In this document: piece after piece, positions 10,494-21,105 of the stretch
How positions within the stretch are numbered: the first letter of the stretch is position 1
Layout: every line of letters starts with the position of its first letter
Assembly: GCA_905193385.1 (NCBI GenBank)
Contig: CAJJOL010000009.1
Location: forward strand, 18,465-82,464
Source of the DNA: an uncultured Prevotella sp.
GTDB lineage: Bacteria; Bacteroidota; Bacteroidia; Bacteroidales; Bacteroidaceae
Length of the DNA stretch: 64,000 nt
Reading direction: 5' to 3'
The notes under the pieces: model-generated
The model's database searches: none
What the model was told of the DNA's origin: nothing
What the model saw: only the letters and a program-made list of their open reading frames with translations
Made by a program: the position numbers and the translations under genes

Positions 10494-10524
10494 CAACCAA
10501 TATTTTAAAGGTAATTAAATTAAG

Positions 10525-12045
10525 ATGAACAAAATCAAGACAGTTTGCTTGACAGCAGCGATTGCCTCAAGCAGCTTTTCGTTTGCAGGAGGACTACTTA
10601 CAAACACCAATCAGAACATAGCTTTCAACCGTATGATGAGCCGTGAGGCGTCAATCGGCATTGACGGCGTTTATTTCAACCCGGCTGGCGTTGCGTTTTT
10701 GGGTCAGGGTCATCACCTCTCGCTCAACTGGCAGTTGGCTTATCAGCACCGTTCTATCAAGAACGACTACCAGTTGTTCACCAACAACGTGAACAATCCT
10801 TTCACTCCACGTACATTCAAGGGTAAGGCTTTCGCCCCCGTCATTCCCTCACTCCAATATGCTTACAACAAAGGACACTGGTCGTTCCAGGCTAACCTGG
10901 CACTTGCCGGTGGCGGTGGAAAGTGTACTTTCGACAACGGACTTGGTTCGTTCGAGAAGATTGTGAGCGAAACTGCTATGGGAGCATGCAAGTTGGCACA
11001 GGTTGTTGACGGCGTTGCTGCACAGTATGGCGTTCCTGCTGTATTCCAGAGCAAGTTCGGCACAGACGGCAAGTACACTTACGACAGCTATATGCACGGT
11101 CGTCAGTACTACTACGGCATCTCGATAGGTGCAGCTTATAAGGTAAATGACAACTTCGCAGTATATGGCGGTGTGCGTACCGTATATGCATTGTGCAACT
11201 ACTACGGATATGTACGCGACATCAAGGTTGGCAATATGCCCCTATATCAGGTGCTCGACCCCACCAAGACAACTGCTGCTGACATTGAGCTTAGCTGCGA
11301 CCAGACTGGTCTCGGATTCACTCCGATGATTGGTGTAGACTTTAAGACTGGCCGCTGGAACTTCTCGGCTAAGTATGAGTTCAAGACTCGCATGCGTCTT
11401 AAGAACAAGTCGGTAAACCAGACTCCTTCAATCGGTAACCTCGATGGCAACTTGCGCAACGCATACCTCGCTGGTGGCGTGCCTGAGGCAGCTGCCGATG
11501 CTATCCTTAGCAATCAAAATGTGCAGGGAGCAACTACTATGCTTAAGAAGCAGTTCAACACCGAGCTTGGTGAAGCAATCGGCGAATACGAGGACGGCAA
11601 GAAGATTGAGGGCGACATTCCTTCGCTTCTCACTGTAGGTGTAGGCTACAAGCCAATCGACGAGTTGCGTATCAACGTAGGTTTCCACTGGTTTGACGAC
11701 AAGCACGCTACTTCTTACAACAACCGTCAGAAGAAGCTCGACCGCGGAACTTTCGAATACAGCGCAGGTGTAGAGTACGATCTCAACAAGAAGTTCACCG
11801 TAAGCACCGGCTGGCAGCGCACAAGCTACGGCATGACCAACGACTACATGGACGACAAGTCGTTCATTGTCAGCTCAAACTCTGTAGGTGTAGGTGGTGT
11901 AATCCACCTCTCAAAGAAGATGGATTTGCAGGTGGCCTACTTCCATACTTTCTACGAGACAATGAAGACACAGAAGAACAACTATTCAGCCGACTTCACT
12001 CGTAACAACAATGTGTTTGGAGTAGGACTGGACATCAACTTCTAA
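10525..12045 (+). CDS. Outer-membrane beta-barrel transport protein, FadL/TodX/OmpP1-like
   Basis: Signal peptide. N-terminal ...NRMMSREASIGIDGVYFNPAGVAFL resembles the FadL motif GRAYSGEAA..DDAS..FNNPAG. Ends in aromatic residue F, typical of OM barrels. Confidence 0.55.
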   Translation: MNKIKTVCLTAAIASSSFSFAGGLLTNTNQNIAFNRMMSREASIGIDGVYFNPAGVAFLGQGHHLSLNWQLAYQHRSIKNDYQLFTNNVNNPFTPRTFKGKAFAPVIPSLQYAYNKGHWSFQANLALAGGGGKCTFDNGLGSFEKIVSETAMGACKLAQVVDGVAAQYGVPAVFQSKFGTDGKYTYDSYMHGRQYYYGISIGAAYKVNDNFAVYGGVRTVYALCNYYGYVRDIKVGNMPLYQVLDPTKTTAADIELSCDQTGLGFTPMIGVDFKTGRWNFSAKYEFKTRMRLKNKSVNQTPSIGNLDGNLRNAYLAGGVPEAAADAILSNQNVQGATTMLKKQFNTELGEAIGEYEDGKKIEGDIPSLLTVGVGYKPIDELRINVGFHWFDDKHATSYNNRQKKLDRGTFEYSAGVEYDLNKKFTVSTGWQRTSYGMTNDYMDDKSFIVSSNSVGVGGVIHLSKKMDLQVAYFHTFYETMKTQKNNYSADFTRNNNVFGVGLDINF

Positions 12046-12359
12046 GTCTGAACGAATAAATTGCTTAAAATTCCGCCATATACCTTAAGTTTCGGTAACA
12101 AGTGGTTATGCGGCAATCGCATCGATATTAATTTATCGTGTGATTGCCGCTTCTTTGTATGTTGCCAATGGCTATATCACCCTCTCAGCGCATCACCGTC
12201 TCATCACAATATTTGCATTTTTAAGCCCTCAAAACTATGGGTTGAGCGCACAAGGAAATCTTAAACTCGAAATTCTCGAGTTTTGCGCGTGCAGCGGTAA
12301 GCTGTTGATACACACGTCGTTATTACGTAAGCGTAGCAAGTGTGCAAAAAAAATATCGT

Positions 12360-12468
12360 TAAAAGGACTCCTTTTCGTCGCAAAACGACCGTTTTTACCC
12401 TCCGTTTAGGCCCCTTTTGCTTTACAAAAAAGGCTCCTTTGCATTCCAAAAGTAGTCCTTTTGCAATG
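12360..12468. repeat. R1 palindromic tandem array, locus 3
   Basis: AAAAGGACTCCTTTTCGTCGCAAAACGACCGTTTTT...AAAAGGCTCCTTTGCATTCCAAAAGTAGTCCTTTTGCAATGCAAAG. Confidence 0.8.
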
Positions 12469-12601
12469 CAAAGAAGCCTCGGATGGAGATAGAGAGTGGT
12501 ATTTTACGTTGAAAAACCGATAAAAACCGCCTCTGAAATTTCTAGAATCATTTTTCGTTTTGTAACACTTTTTTACTGCGTGTACAATATTTGTATTGCC
12601 T

Positions 12602-14683
12602 TTACTTCTTCGCCTCAGGATACGATATACGTGTGTGGTATATTGCTTTGAGGCGTTCGATGAGTACGATTTTGGCGAGGGCTATGTCGCGGAATGTGAT
12701 TGGACAATCCTTGAAGTATCCGTCAGCCACGTCGCCGTCGATGATTTTGTTTACCAGTGTGGCGATGTTCTCCTCTGTATATTCTGTTATTGAGCGCGAA
12801 GCAGCCTCCACGCCGTCGGCAATCATGAGGATTGCCTGCTCGCGTGTGAACGGGTTGGGACCCGGGTATTCAAACGGCTTCGGGTCAATCTCTTCGTCGG
12901 GATGCTCATTCTTGTATTTAATGTAGAAGAACTTGGTCATTCCCGTGCCATGGTGGGTCACGATGAAGTCGCGTATGATGGTAGGCAGATTCTCACGTTC
13001 AGCCATTTTCACACCCTCGGTGACGTGATTGATGATGATGCGTGCGCTCTCCTTATAGTCGAGGTGGTCGTGTGGGTTGACACCTGCTTGATTTTCGGTG
13101 AAGAAAACGGGGTCGGCCATTTTGCCTATGTCGTGATACAGCGCACCGGTACGCACCAGAAGCGAGTTGGCACCAATCTTATTGGCTATCTCGGCAGCAA
13201 GATTGCCCACCGTGATGGAGTGCTGGAAGGTGCCGGGCGCTATCTCCGAGAGGTCGCGCAGCAGTCCGCGGTTGGTGTTGGACAGCTCAAACAGCGTCAC
13301 GCTCGACACGAATCCGAACATCTTTTCGACGATGTACATCAGCGGATAGGCGAGCAACAGCAGCACGCCATTAACCACAAAGTGGTAGTACATGTCATGA
13401 TCCATGATGGTGAAGTCGTTGTCCTGAATCATCTGCAGAGCCAGATATACCAGTGCGCTGCCCATTGCCACGAGTATTCCGGTCTTGAACACCTGGGCAC
13501 GGCGTGTCAGTTCGCGCAGCGAATAGATGGCTATCAGGCCCGCTACAATCTGAATGATGATGAATTCGTACTGGTATCTCACGGCGATGGTGCATATCAG
13601 TAGCATCGTGACGTGCGAGATGAACGCCGTGCGCGAGTCCATAAACACACGCACGAACATCGGAACCATGGCGAATGGCACTATGTAGACGCTCAGAAAG
13701 TTGTGGCGCATCATTATAGCCACTATCACCGGGAATAGCGTAATGAGCGAGTAGAGCATGGCGATGGAGCGCGGCTTGTTGAAGTAGTCGCGTCGGAACA
13801 GGGCGAGATATATGGTGAATAGTGTCACCATAAGGGTCACAAGTATTATCTGTCCGATAATGGTGCTCGTTATCTCGTTCTGCGTTGCCGAGCGGCGTTT
13901 TATCTCTCGCTCGAACGAGTTGAGCACGCGGTAGGTGTATTCGTCGACAATGTCGCCACGGTCAATCACCTTTTGTCCGCTCATCACCATTCCGCTGGCA
14001 GGCGGTATGGACGACAGCAGGTCGTTGCGTTCGGTCAGCGAGCGTTCCTTATCATATATAAGGTTAGGCTCGATGTAGTTGTTCAGATTGCAACGCTGTA
14101 ACAACGGACGTTGCTGTGCTACCACGTCGTCGAGGAATATCTGCTCGTAAGCCGACAGCGTAGAGTAGATTTCGTTGAGCGGCATGGTCTGTGCGTTGTT
14201 GCCTATGACCACGCGCACCAGCGAAGTGGAGTCGCGATATATCTCGTTGTATTCGGGCGTGTCCATGATACCCGTCTGATACAACCGGTGCAGCTGCTTG
14301 GCTATTATGTCGATGTACTGGTGTGGCAGTCCGGGAATGCCGTCGTGGAAGTCGGAGAGGAACTTGCTCACCTGCTTCTTCTCCACCGTCTTGTCGTAGT
14401 TGTAGTAAGGTTGGTAGGTCTGCAGCAGCGAGTCCTCCTGGGCTTTTATGGTCTCGTCGGTCTTGTAGATAGGAAAGTCGAACTTGGCAATGAACGAGCC
14501 GTACATCCACGGCTTGCCGATGTCGTATCTGAATCGCTGACCCTCGTTGCGCGGCAGCGACCATACTATCACCGTCACAGTCACCAATACCAGCGCTATA
14601 CGGGTGAACATATTGCGCCAGAAATGTTTTCTGCTCTTCTCAATTCTGTACATATATTGTCTTATTATGGGTTTGGACTGCAA
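12602..14683 (-). CDS. 7TM receptor with intracellular HD phosphohydrolase domain (PgpH/YqfF-like; alternative start at 14653)
   Basis: N-terminal extracellular region, seven predicted TM helices, C-terminal HD motif LYHDIGKMADP plus downstream VTHHG. Confidence 0.75.
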   Translation of the reverse strand: MQSKPIIRQYMYRIEKSRKHFWRNMFTRIALVLVTVTVIVWSLPRNEGQRFRYDIGKPWMYGSFIAKFDFPIYKTDETIKAQEDSLLQTYQPYYNYDKTVEKKQVSKFLSDFHDGIPGLPHQYIDIIAKQLHRLYQTGIMDTPEYNEIYRDSTSLVRVVIGNNAQTMPLNEIYSTLSAYEQIFLDDVVAQQRPLLQRCNLNNYIEPNLIYDKERSLTERNDLLSSIPPASGMVMSGQKVIDRGDIVDEYTYRVLNSFEREIKRRSATQNEITSTIIGQIILVTLMVTLFTIYLALFRRDYFNKPRSIAMLYSLITLFPVIVAIMMRHNFLSVYIVPFAMVPMFVRVFMDSRTAFISHVTMLLICTIAVRYQYEFIIIQIVAGLIAIYSLRELTRRAQVFKTGILVAMGSALVYLALQMIQDNDFTIMDHDMYYHFVVNGVLLLLAYPLMYIVEKMFGFVSSVTLFELSNTNRGLLRDLSEIAPGTFQHSITVGNLAAEIANKIGANSLLVRTGALYHDIGKMADPVFFTENQAGVNPHDHLDYKESARIIINHVTEGVKMAERENLPTIIRDFIVTHHGTGMTKFFYIKYKNEHPDEEIDPKPFEYPGPNPFTREQAILMIADGVEAASRSITEYTEENIATLVNKIIDGDVADGYFKDCPITFRDIALAKIVLIERLKAIYHTRISYPEAKK

Positions 14684-14720
14684 TATTACAAAAAAAATGT
14701 CTAAATTGAGAAAAACTTAC

Positions 14721-14728
14721 TACCTTTG
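14721..14728 (+). promoter_or_regulatory. -7 promoter box TACCTTTG for gltX
   Basis: TAnnTTTG ~28 nt upstream of the gltX ATG at 14756. Confidence 0.5.
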
Positions 14729-14755
14729 TACACAAAAATAAAAACATACTATAAT

Positions 14756-16273
14756 ATGTCAGATAGAAAAGTAAGGGTGCGCTTCGCGCCAAGCCCAACA
14801 GGGCCTTTGCACATCGGTGGTGTGCGTACAGCATTGTATAACTATCTATTCGCGCGTCAGCACGGTGGCGACTTGGTGTTCCGTATCGAGGATACCGACT
14901 CGCATCGCTTTGTGCCGGGAGCCGAAGATTACATCATCGAGTCGTTCCGTTGGCTCGGTATCAAGTTTGACGAAGGAGTTTCGTTCGGTGGCGATCACGG
15001 CCCGTATCGTCAGAGCGAGCGTCGCGCCATATATAAGAAATATGTCGACCAGCTCCTTGCCGACGGCAAGGCTTACATAGCATTCGACACTCCCGAGCAG
15101 CTTGAAGCAAAGCGTGCGGAGATTCAGAACTTCCAGTACGATGCCAAGACACGTATGCAGATGACCAACTCGCTCACTCTCCCGAAGGAAGAAGTGGAGC
15201 GTCGCATCAACGACGGCGAGCAGTATGTAGTACGTTTCATGGTTGAGCCGGGCATTGAAGTGCATGTAGACGACATGATTCGTGGCGATGTGAAGATCAA
15301 GAGCGACATTCTCGACGACAAGGTGCTCTACAAGAGTGCCGACGAACTGCCCACTTATCACTTGGCAAATATCGTTGACGACCACCTTATGGAGATTACT
15401 CACGTGATACGTGGCGAAGAATGGCTGCCCAGCGCACCGCTTCACGTTCTGCTTTATCGTGCCTTCGGATGGGAAGACACCATGCCTACATTCGCCCATC
15501 TGCCGCTGCTGCTCAAGCCTGAGGGCAAGGGCAAACTCTCGAAGCGCGATGGCGACCGTCTCGGTTTCCCCGTGTTCCCGCTTGAGTGGCACGATCCCAA
15601 GACTGGTGACGTTTCTTCAGGCTATCGTGAGAGCGGCTACTTCCCCGAGGCTGTAGTCAATTTCCTTGCCCTGCTGGGCTGGAATCCCGGTACAGAGCAG
15701 GAGATGTTCTCGCTTGACGAGCTTGTTGAGCAGTTCGATATACACAAGTGCTCTAAGTCGGGTGCCAAGTTCGACTTCCAGAAGGGCATCTGGTTCAACC
15801 ACGAGTACATCCTGCGCAAGTCGAACGAGGAGATTGCCGACCTCTTCGCACCTATCGTTGCCAACAACGGAGTGGACGAGTCGATGGAGCGTATAACACA
15901 GGTTGTGGCTATGATGAAGGACCGTGTGAGCTTCGTCAAGGAGCTTTGGCCTCTGTGCTCGTTCTTCTTCATCGCCCCTACAGAGTACGACCAGAAGACC
16001 GTCAAGAAGCGCTGGAAGGAAGATTCTGCCAAGGTTATGGGCGAGTTGGCAGAAGTTCTCAACGGCATAGACGACTTCTCTATCGAGGGACAGGAGCCCG
16101 TCGTGATGAAGTGGGTAGAGGATAAGGGCTACAAACTGGGCGACGTTATGAACGCATTCCGCCTTGCGCTTGTTGGTATAGGCAAGGGTCCGGGCATGTT
16201 CGACATCTCGGCATTCCTCGGAAAGGAAGAAACCATCAAGCGTTTGCAGCGTGCCATCGAGGTGCTTAAGTAA
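14756..16273 (+). CDS. gltX: Glutamate--tRNA ligase
   Basis: Class I aaRS motifs [11 protein letters not shown] (HIGH) and KLSKRDG (KMSKS). 505 aa. Confidence 0.92.
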   Translation: MSDRKVRVRFAPSPTGPLHIGGVRTALYNYLFARQHGGDLVFRIEDTDSHRFVPGAEDYIIESFRWLGIKFDEGVSFGGDHGPYRQSERRAIYKKYVDQLLADGKAYIAFDTPEQLEAKRAEIQNFQYDAKTRMQMTNSLTLPKEEVERRINDGEQYVVRFMVEPGIEVHVDDMIRGDVKIKSDILDDKVLYKSADELPTYHLANIVDDHLMEITHVIRGEEWLPSAPLHVLLYRAFGWEDTMPTFAHLPLLLKPEGKGKLSKRDGDRLGFPVFPLEWHDPKTGDVSSGYRESGYFPEAVVNFLALLGWNPGTEQEMFSLDELVEQFDIHKCSKSGAKFDFQKGIWFNHEYILRKSNEEIADLFAPIVANNGVDESMERITQVVAMMKDRVSFVKELWPLCSFFFIAPTEYDQKTVKKRWKEDSAKVMGELAEVLNGIDDFSIEGQEPVVMKWVEDKGYKLGDVMNAFRLALVGIGKGPGMFDISAFLGKEETIKRLQRAIEVLK

Positions 16274-16296
16274 ACCTTTGATACAAATATTTAAAA

Positions 16297-16337
16297 GAAA
16301 ACAGGAGGTTATGGCTTCGTGCCATGGCCTCCTGTTT
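16297..16337 (+). terminator. Rho-independent terminator hairpin after gltX
   Basis: AAAACAGGAGGTTATGGCTTCGTGCCATGGCCTCCTGTTTT. The stem AACAGGAGG/CCTCCTGTT is followed by a T-run. Confidence 0.65.
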
Positions 16338-16587
16338 TGGCATTCCGACAACCGTTTTTCTGCATTCAAACTACTATACAACAACCTCATAATTAGCAAT
16401 AATCCCCCAAAACGAGTCCATTTAGACCCGAAAAGCATAAAAAAACGTTCTTTTTTGTTGCTTTTCGGTTTTTTTTATTTAAGTTTGCAACCTATATAAA
16501 TATATATGAACATGAAAATCATGTCATGGCAAAGCCTTGGCATGGTGAGAATTTGAATTACCCTTATCATAAACTTAAAACAGTGAA

Positions 16588-18396
16588 ATGATGGACTCTC
16601 AAGAGAAAGCCTTGAATCAAGGTACACAAGAAGTGGCGAATGTGGAGAACGTAGCTGAAGTCAAGAACGTTGACACTCCCGCCGAACAGCCGGTGGCTAA
16701 CAACAAGGTATACAAGACAAAGCAGGAGGTTGTAGAACGCCTGAAGCAGATAGCACAGAGCGATGACAATCCTGACAAAGATGAGATTGATCTGCTTAAG
16801 ACTGTATTCTACAAGTTGCACGTCGCCGAGCGCGAAGCACGTCTGAAGGAATACATCGAAGGCGGTGGCGATCCCACAACATACCAGATTGTGCCCGACG
16901 AATACGAAGAAACATTCAAAGAGCAAATGGCTGTGGTGCGCGAAAAACGTGCAAAGGTGTTCCTGGAGCAGGAAGCCGAGAAGCAAGCCAACCTTGAGAA
17001 GAAGCTCGCCATCATCGAACGTATCAAGGCAATGGCTACATCGCCCGATGAGGCCAACAAGTCGTACAATGAGTTTAAGGAACTGCAGCAGGAGTGGAAG
17101 GACATCAAGGCTGTGCCGGCAGAGAAAGCCAGCGAGCTGTGGCGCAACTACCAGCTCTATGTCGAGCAGTATTACGACCTGCTGAAGCTCAACTCGGAGG
17201 CTCGCGAGTACGATTTCAAGAAGAATCTTGAGATAAAGACCAAGCTGTGTGAGGCTGCTGAGAAGCTCGCCGATGAGGAAGATGTAATCAGCGCATTCCA
17301 CCAGTTGCAGGAACTTCATCAGCAATATCGTGAGACTGGTCCCGTTGCCAAGGAGTTGCGCGAGCAGATCTGGACACGCTTCAAGGCTGCATCGACCGTC
17401 ATCAACAAGCGTCATCAACAGCACTTTGAGGACCTTCGCGCCGGTGAAGAGGAAAACCTCGCACGCAAGACCGCTCTCTGCGAGAAGGTAGAGGAGATTG
17501 GCAAGCTCGAAAACAAGGGTGCTGCCGACTGGGAGAAGCACTCTAAGGAGATAATCGAAATACAGAACGAGTGGAAGACCATCGGTTTTGCACCACAGAA
17601 GATGAATGTCAAGATATTCGAGCGCTTCCGTGCAGCGTGCGACGACTTCTTCGGCCGCAAGACTGAGTTCTTCAAGCAGCTCAAGGCAGCTTATGCCGAT
17701 AATATAGAGCGCAAGAAGGCTCTCGTCGAGAAGGCGAAGTCACTGGCAGAAAGCACCGAGTGGAAGTCGACAAGTGACAAGTTCATCGCCCTTCAGAAGG
17801 AATGGAAGACCGTAGGTCAGGTTCCAAAGAAGCTCGGCGACCAGCTCTGGAACGAGTTCCTCGGAGCTTGCAACAAGTTCTTCGAAGCACGCAAGGCTGC
17901 CAACGCAGGCACACGTGGCGAGGAACGTGCCAATCTCGACAAGAAGCGCGAGCTCATTGCTCAGCTCAAGGGTCTTGGTGCTGAAGCCACAAGGAATCAG
18001 GTTCAGGCTCTCGTCGACGAATATAATAAGGTGGGACACGTGCCCTTCAAGGAGAAGGACGCCCTCTATGCCGAGTATCATGAGGCGCTCGACGTTATAT
18101 ATCGTCAGCTTAACATCACCACAAAGCGCCGCCGTCTTGACGACTTCAAGTCGAACATCAAGAACATGGCAAAGCGTGGCGAGGAGGCTTTGGGCTCAGA
18201 GCGCTCACGCCTGATGCGTCGTTTCGACCAGCTCAAGCAGGAAATCCAGACCTACGAGAACAATCTCGGTTTCCTTAACGCAAGCTCTAAGAAGGGCAAC
18301 AGCCTTATCGACGAGATGAATCGCAAGGTGCAGAACCTGCGCGACGACCTCGAACTGGTTCGCCAGAAGATTAAGGCTATCGACGCTGAGAAATAA
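16588..18396 (+). CDS. DUF349-family coiled-coil protein (repeated ...W+..F... ~75-aa modules)
   Basis: Highly charged E/K-rich protein with repeated modules (EWKDIKAVP, EWKTIGFAP, EWKTVGQVP). This architecture is typical of Bacteroidetes DUF349 proteins. Confidence 0.6.
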   Translation: MMDSQEKALNQGTQEVANVENVAEVKNVDTPAEQPVANNKVYKTKQEVVERLKQIAQSDDNPDKDEIDLLKTVFYKLHVAEREARLKEYIEGGGDPTTYQIVPDEYEETFKEQMAVVREKRAKVFLEQEAEKQANLEKKLAIIERIKAMATSPDEANKSYNEFKELQQEWKDIKAVPAEKASELWRNYQLYVEQYYDLLKLNSEAREYDFKKNLEIKTKLCEAAEKLADEEDVISAFHQLQELHQQYRETGPVAKELREQIWTRFKAASTVINKRHQQHFEDLRAGEEENLARKTALCEKVEEIGKLENKGAADWEKHSKEIIEIQNEWKTIGFAPQKMNVKIFERFRAACDDFFGRKTEFFKQLKAAYADNIERKKALVEKAKSLAESTEWKSTSDKFIALQKEWKTVGQVPKKLGDQLWNEFLGACNKFFEARKAANAGTRGEERANLDKKRELIAQLKGLGAEATRNQVQALVDEYNKVGHVPFKEKDALYAEYHEALDVIYRQLNITTKRRRLDDFKSNIKNMAKRGEEALGSERSRLMRRFDQLKQEIQTYENNLGFLNASSKKGNSLIDEMNRKVQNLRDDLELVRQKIKAIDAEK

Positions 18397-18535
18397 ATGA
18401 TATACAATTATTTTTCAAAATAAGTTGCACAGCGCTGCAACGACAACTCGCATTGCCAGCGATTGGTAGTGCGAGTTTTTAAAATATACGCCCCTGTATA
18501 ATTTTATTCATTTTATTAATTAATTCAACAAATCT

Positions 18536-20575
18536 ATGTACAGACACAGATTTAACGACAGACAGGCTCTGCGCTTCAAGCATTTCTCGCGCCGTAGCTA
18601 TGCTCTGTTCAGCTGTATCGGACGTGAGGTGCTCATCTGCACCCTTAGCGTGGCAACTTTGACCTACGCCAAGGCAGACGGAATCAGTACCAAGTCTGCT
18701 GCTAAAGCAATGGCAGCCGACTCACTTGGCCGTCAGGAGGTGAAGCTCGACGAGGTGCTTGTCACCGGTTCGCGTGCTCCGCTCACTGCGTTGCAGTCGG
18801 CAAAGATTGTGACTGTCATCTCGCGCGACGACATTCAGCGTGCGGAGGCGGCAAGTATCAACGACATTCTTAAGTTAGCCACGGGCGTCGATGTCCGTCA
18901 GCGCGGTGGCTTTGGTGTACAGACGGACATCAGCATCAATGGCGGCACGTTCGACCAGATTACCATTCTATTGAATGGAGTGAACATGTCAAGCCCGCAG
19001 ACCGGCCATAATGCAGCCGATTTTCCCGTTTCTCTTTCTGACATTGAGCGCATCGAGGTTCTCGAGGGTGCTTCGGCACGTGTGTTCGGATCGTCGGCGT
19101 TCAACGGAGCCATCAATATCGTGACGCGCACCGACAAGGAGAGCAGTGTGCGTGTGTCGGCCGAAGGAGGCTCGTTCGGCACATTCGGTGGCGATGCTGG
19201 TTTGAGTCTTCGCACGGGCAGCGTCAGTCAGCAGCTCAGCGGAGGCTATACGCAGAGCGACGGTGGCACAGCCAACAGCGATTTCAAGCGCCGTCGCATG
19301 TATTACATGGGTTCTTGGGAGTCGCGCTATGTCAATCTGTCGTGGCAGGGAGGTCTGTCGTCGCAGGATTATGGCGCATCTACATTCTACAGCGCCCGCT
19401 TCAACAACCAGTGGGAGGCTACACGCCGCTTCATGGCATCGGCTCTTGCCGACATTCGTCCGTTTGCCGACGAGCGTCTGGTGTTCTCGCCTTCGGTATA
19501 TTGGCACCGCGATGTCGACCACTATCAGCTGACACGTGGCAAGGAAGGTGCACAGAACGGCGAGAACTATCACCGTATGGATGTATATGGAGCCTCTCTC
19601 AATGCCCATACTACATGGCTTCTGGGCAAGACAGCCGTTGGTGTCGACCTGCGCAAGGAGCATATACTCAGTACTGCATACGGAACGCTGCTCGACGAGA
19701 GCGAGTGGACTGCCATACACGGTTCTGACCGCCACTACGACCATCGTGGCGACCGCACCAACACGAGCCTATTCCTTGAGCATAATGTGATTCTCGGTGG
19801 CTTCACTTTGTCGGCTGGCGTACTTGCAAATCGCAATACTGGTCTCGACAACCGTTTCCGTTTCTATCCGGGTGTCGACCTCTCTTATCGTCCGAGCGAC
19901 AACTGGAAGTTCTATGCATCGTGGAACAAGGCGCTGCGTGTGCCCACATTCACCGACCTTTATACTTCCAACTCGGCACAGCAGGGCGATCCCAACCTCA
20001 GCCCCGAGCGTAATTCTACCTTCAAGATTGGTACACGCTACCGCACACGTGGCGTTGAGGCTGTGCTGAGCGGATTCTACTCAGAGGGCAAGAACATCAT
20101 CGATTGGGTTTATCCTACAGCCGAGAGTCGTAAGTATCAGGCTATGAACATAGGCAAACTCGACAATATGGGCTATTCGGCTGATGTTACGCTCAATATG
20201 GATGAGCTCGTTCCGGGTTCGTTCATCACACGCATCAAGGCTGGCTATGCCTTCATCCATCAGAAGCACGAGACCGACCGCGAGATATTCGGTTCGCTCT
20301 ACGCCTTGGAATACTTACGCCATAAGGCCACTTTCCAGCTCGACCATCGCATCTGGAGTCGTCTGTCGGCATCGTGGGCAGTACGTTGGCAGCAGCGCAT
20401 GAACAACTATTCGCCTTATACAAAGGTGGATGTCAAGCTGATGTGGACCGCTCCGTCGTACAGCCTTTACGTAAAGGCCGACAATATTACATGCCACAGA
20501 TACTACGATTTGGGTGCTGTGCGCCAACCGGGATTGTGGATTATGGCAGGTGGAAGCGTTAGGATAGGGTTGTAA
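18536..20575 (+). CDS. TonB-dependent outer-membrane receptor (small, BtuB/siderophore-size)
   Basis: Plug-domain motifs (LDEVLVTGSRAPL, DIERIEVLEGASARVFGSSAFNGAINIVT) and a beta-barrel C-terminus. Likely an alternative start codon. Confidence 0.8.
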   Translation: MYRHRFNDRQALRFKHFSRRSYALFSCIGREVLICTLSVATLTYAKADGISTKSAAKAMAADSLGRQEVKLDEVLVTGSRAPLTALQSAKIVTVISRDDIQRAEAASINDILKLATGVDVRQRGGFGVQTDISINGGTFDQITILLNGVNMSSPQTGHNAADFPVSLSDIERIEVLEGASARVFGSSAFNGAINIVTRTDKESSVRVSAEGGSFGTFGGDAGLSLRTGSVSQQLSGGYTQSDGGTANSDFKRRRMYYMGSWESRYVNLSWQGGLSSQDYGASTFYSARFNNQWEATRRFMASALADIRPFADERLVFSPSVYWHRDVDHYQLTRGKEGAQNGENYHRMDVYGASLNAHTTWLLGKTAVGVDLRKEHILSTAYGTLLDESEWTAIHGSDRHYDHRGDRTNTSLFLEHNVILGGFTLSAGVLANRNTGLDNRFRFYPGVDLSYRPSDNWKFYASWNKALRVPTFTDLYTSNSAQQGDPNLSPERNSTFKIGTRYRTRGVEAVLSGFYSEGKNIIDWVYPTAESRKYQAMNIGKLDNMGYSADVTLNMDELVPGSFITRIKAGYAFIHQKHETDREIFGSLYALEYLRHKATFQLDHRIWSRLSASWAVRWQQRMNNYSPYTKVDVKLMWTAPSYSLYVKADNITCHRYYDLGAVRQPGLWIMAGGSVRIGL

Positions 20576-20582
20576 GAGATAA

Positions 20583-21105
20583 AAGCCCCACAAAGCCCCG
20601 AAAAGCCCAAGCCCCAAACCCGAAAAGCCCCACCCCCAGCCCCTCCCCCGTAGGGAGGGGAGTGGTATGCTTTGAGAATCTAAAAATAATGCATTGAAAA
20701 AATGGGTGAGATGCATTTAGAATCTAATATAATTGCATTGAAAAAATGAGTGAGATGCATTTTGAATCTAATAAGAATGCATTGGAAATTGGGTGTTAGT
20801 GCGTTGAAAATCGAATGCAATGTGTTGAAATATTGATAAAAATGCAATGAATCTCGATTTTTGAATGCATTGAAAATAAGTGGGTTATATATAGGCTTTT
20901 CAAAAGGAGTCCTTTTGCTGTTCAAATGTAGTCCTTTTACCCTGTAAATGTAGTCCTTTTGCACTTCAAAAGGGGTACATTTGCAGGGCAAAAGGACTAC
21001 ATTTTTTTGTTTATCCGGAATTTTGAGTGTTTTAGCAAACATTACATATCACTCCCCTCCCTGCGGGGGAGGGGTTGGGGGTAGGGCTTTTGGGCTTTTC
21101 ACTTG
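20583..21105. mobile_element. MITE-like composite non-coding element: ~55-bp terminal inverted repeats (R4 GC-rich hairpin family) enclosing tandem ~45-bp 'GCATTGAAAA' repeats and an R1 array
   Basis: 20583-20668 (AAAGCCCC x4 ...CCCCTCCCCCGTAGGGAGGGGAGTGG) is the near-exact reverse complement of 21051-21105. The interior has 3-4 degenerate tandem units 'GAATCTAA.A.AATGCATTGAAAAAATGGGTGAGATGCATTT' and R1 units at 20900-21006. Confidence 0.6.

Noticed and set aside
14846-16438. Minus-strand ORFs (248 aa and 273 aa) antisense to gltX
   Set aside because: gltX HIGH/KMSKS motifs are on the + strand. The others are shadow ORFs.
18400-18535. Possible cobalamin riboswitch upstream of the small TonB receptor
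   Set aside because: No B12-box (GCCACTG-like) or conserved riboswitch core seen. The hairpins there are better explained as the terminator of the upstream DUF349 gene.
20680-21042. 120-aa minus-strand ORF inside the composite repeat element
   Set aside because: Entirely made of tandem-repeat translation (repeated FNA/HFF peptide). No coding signal.
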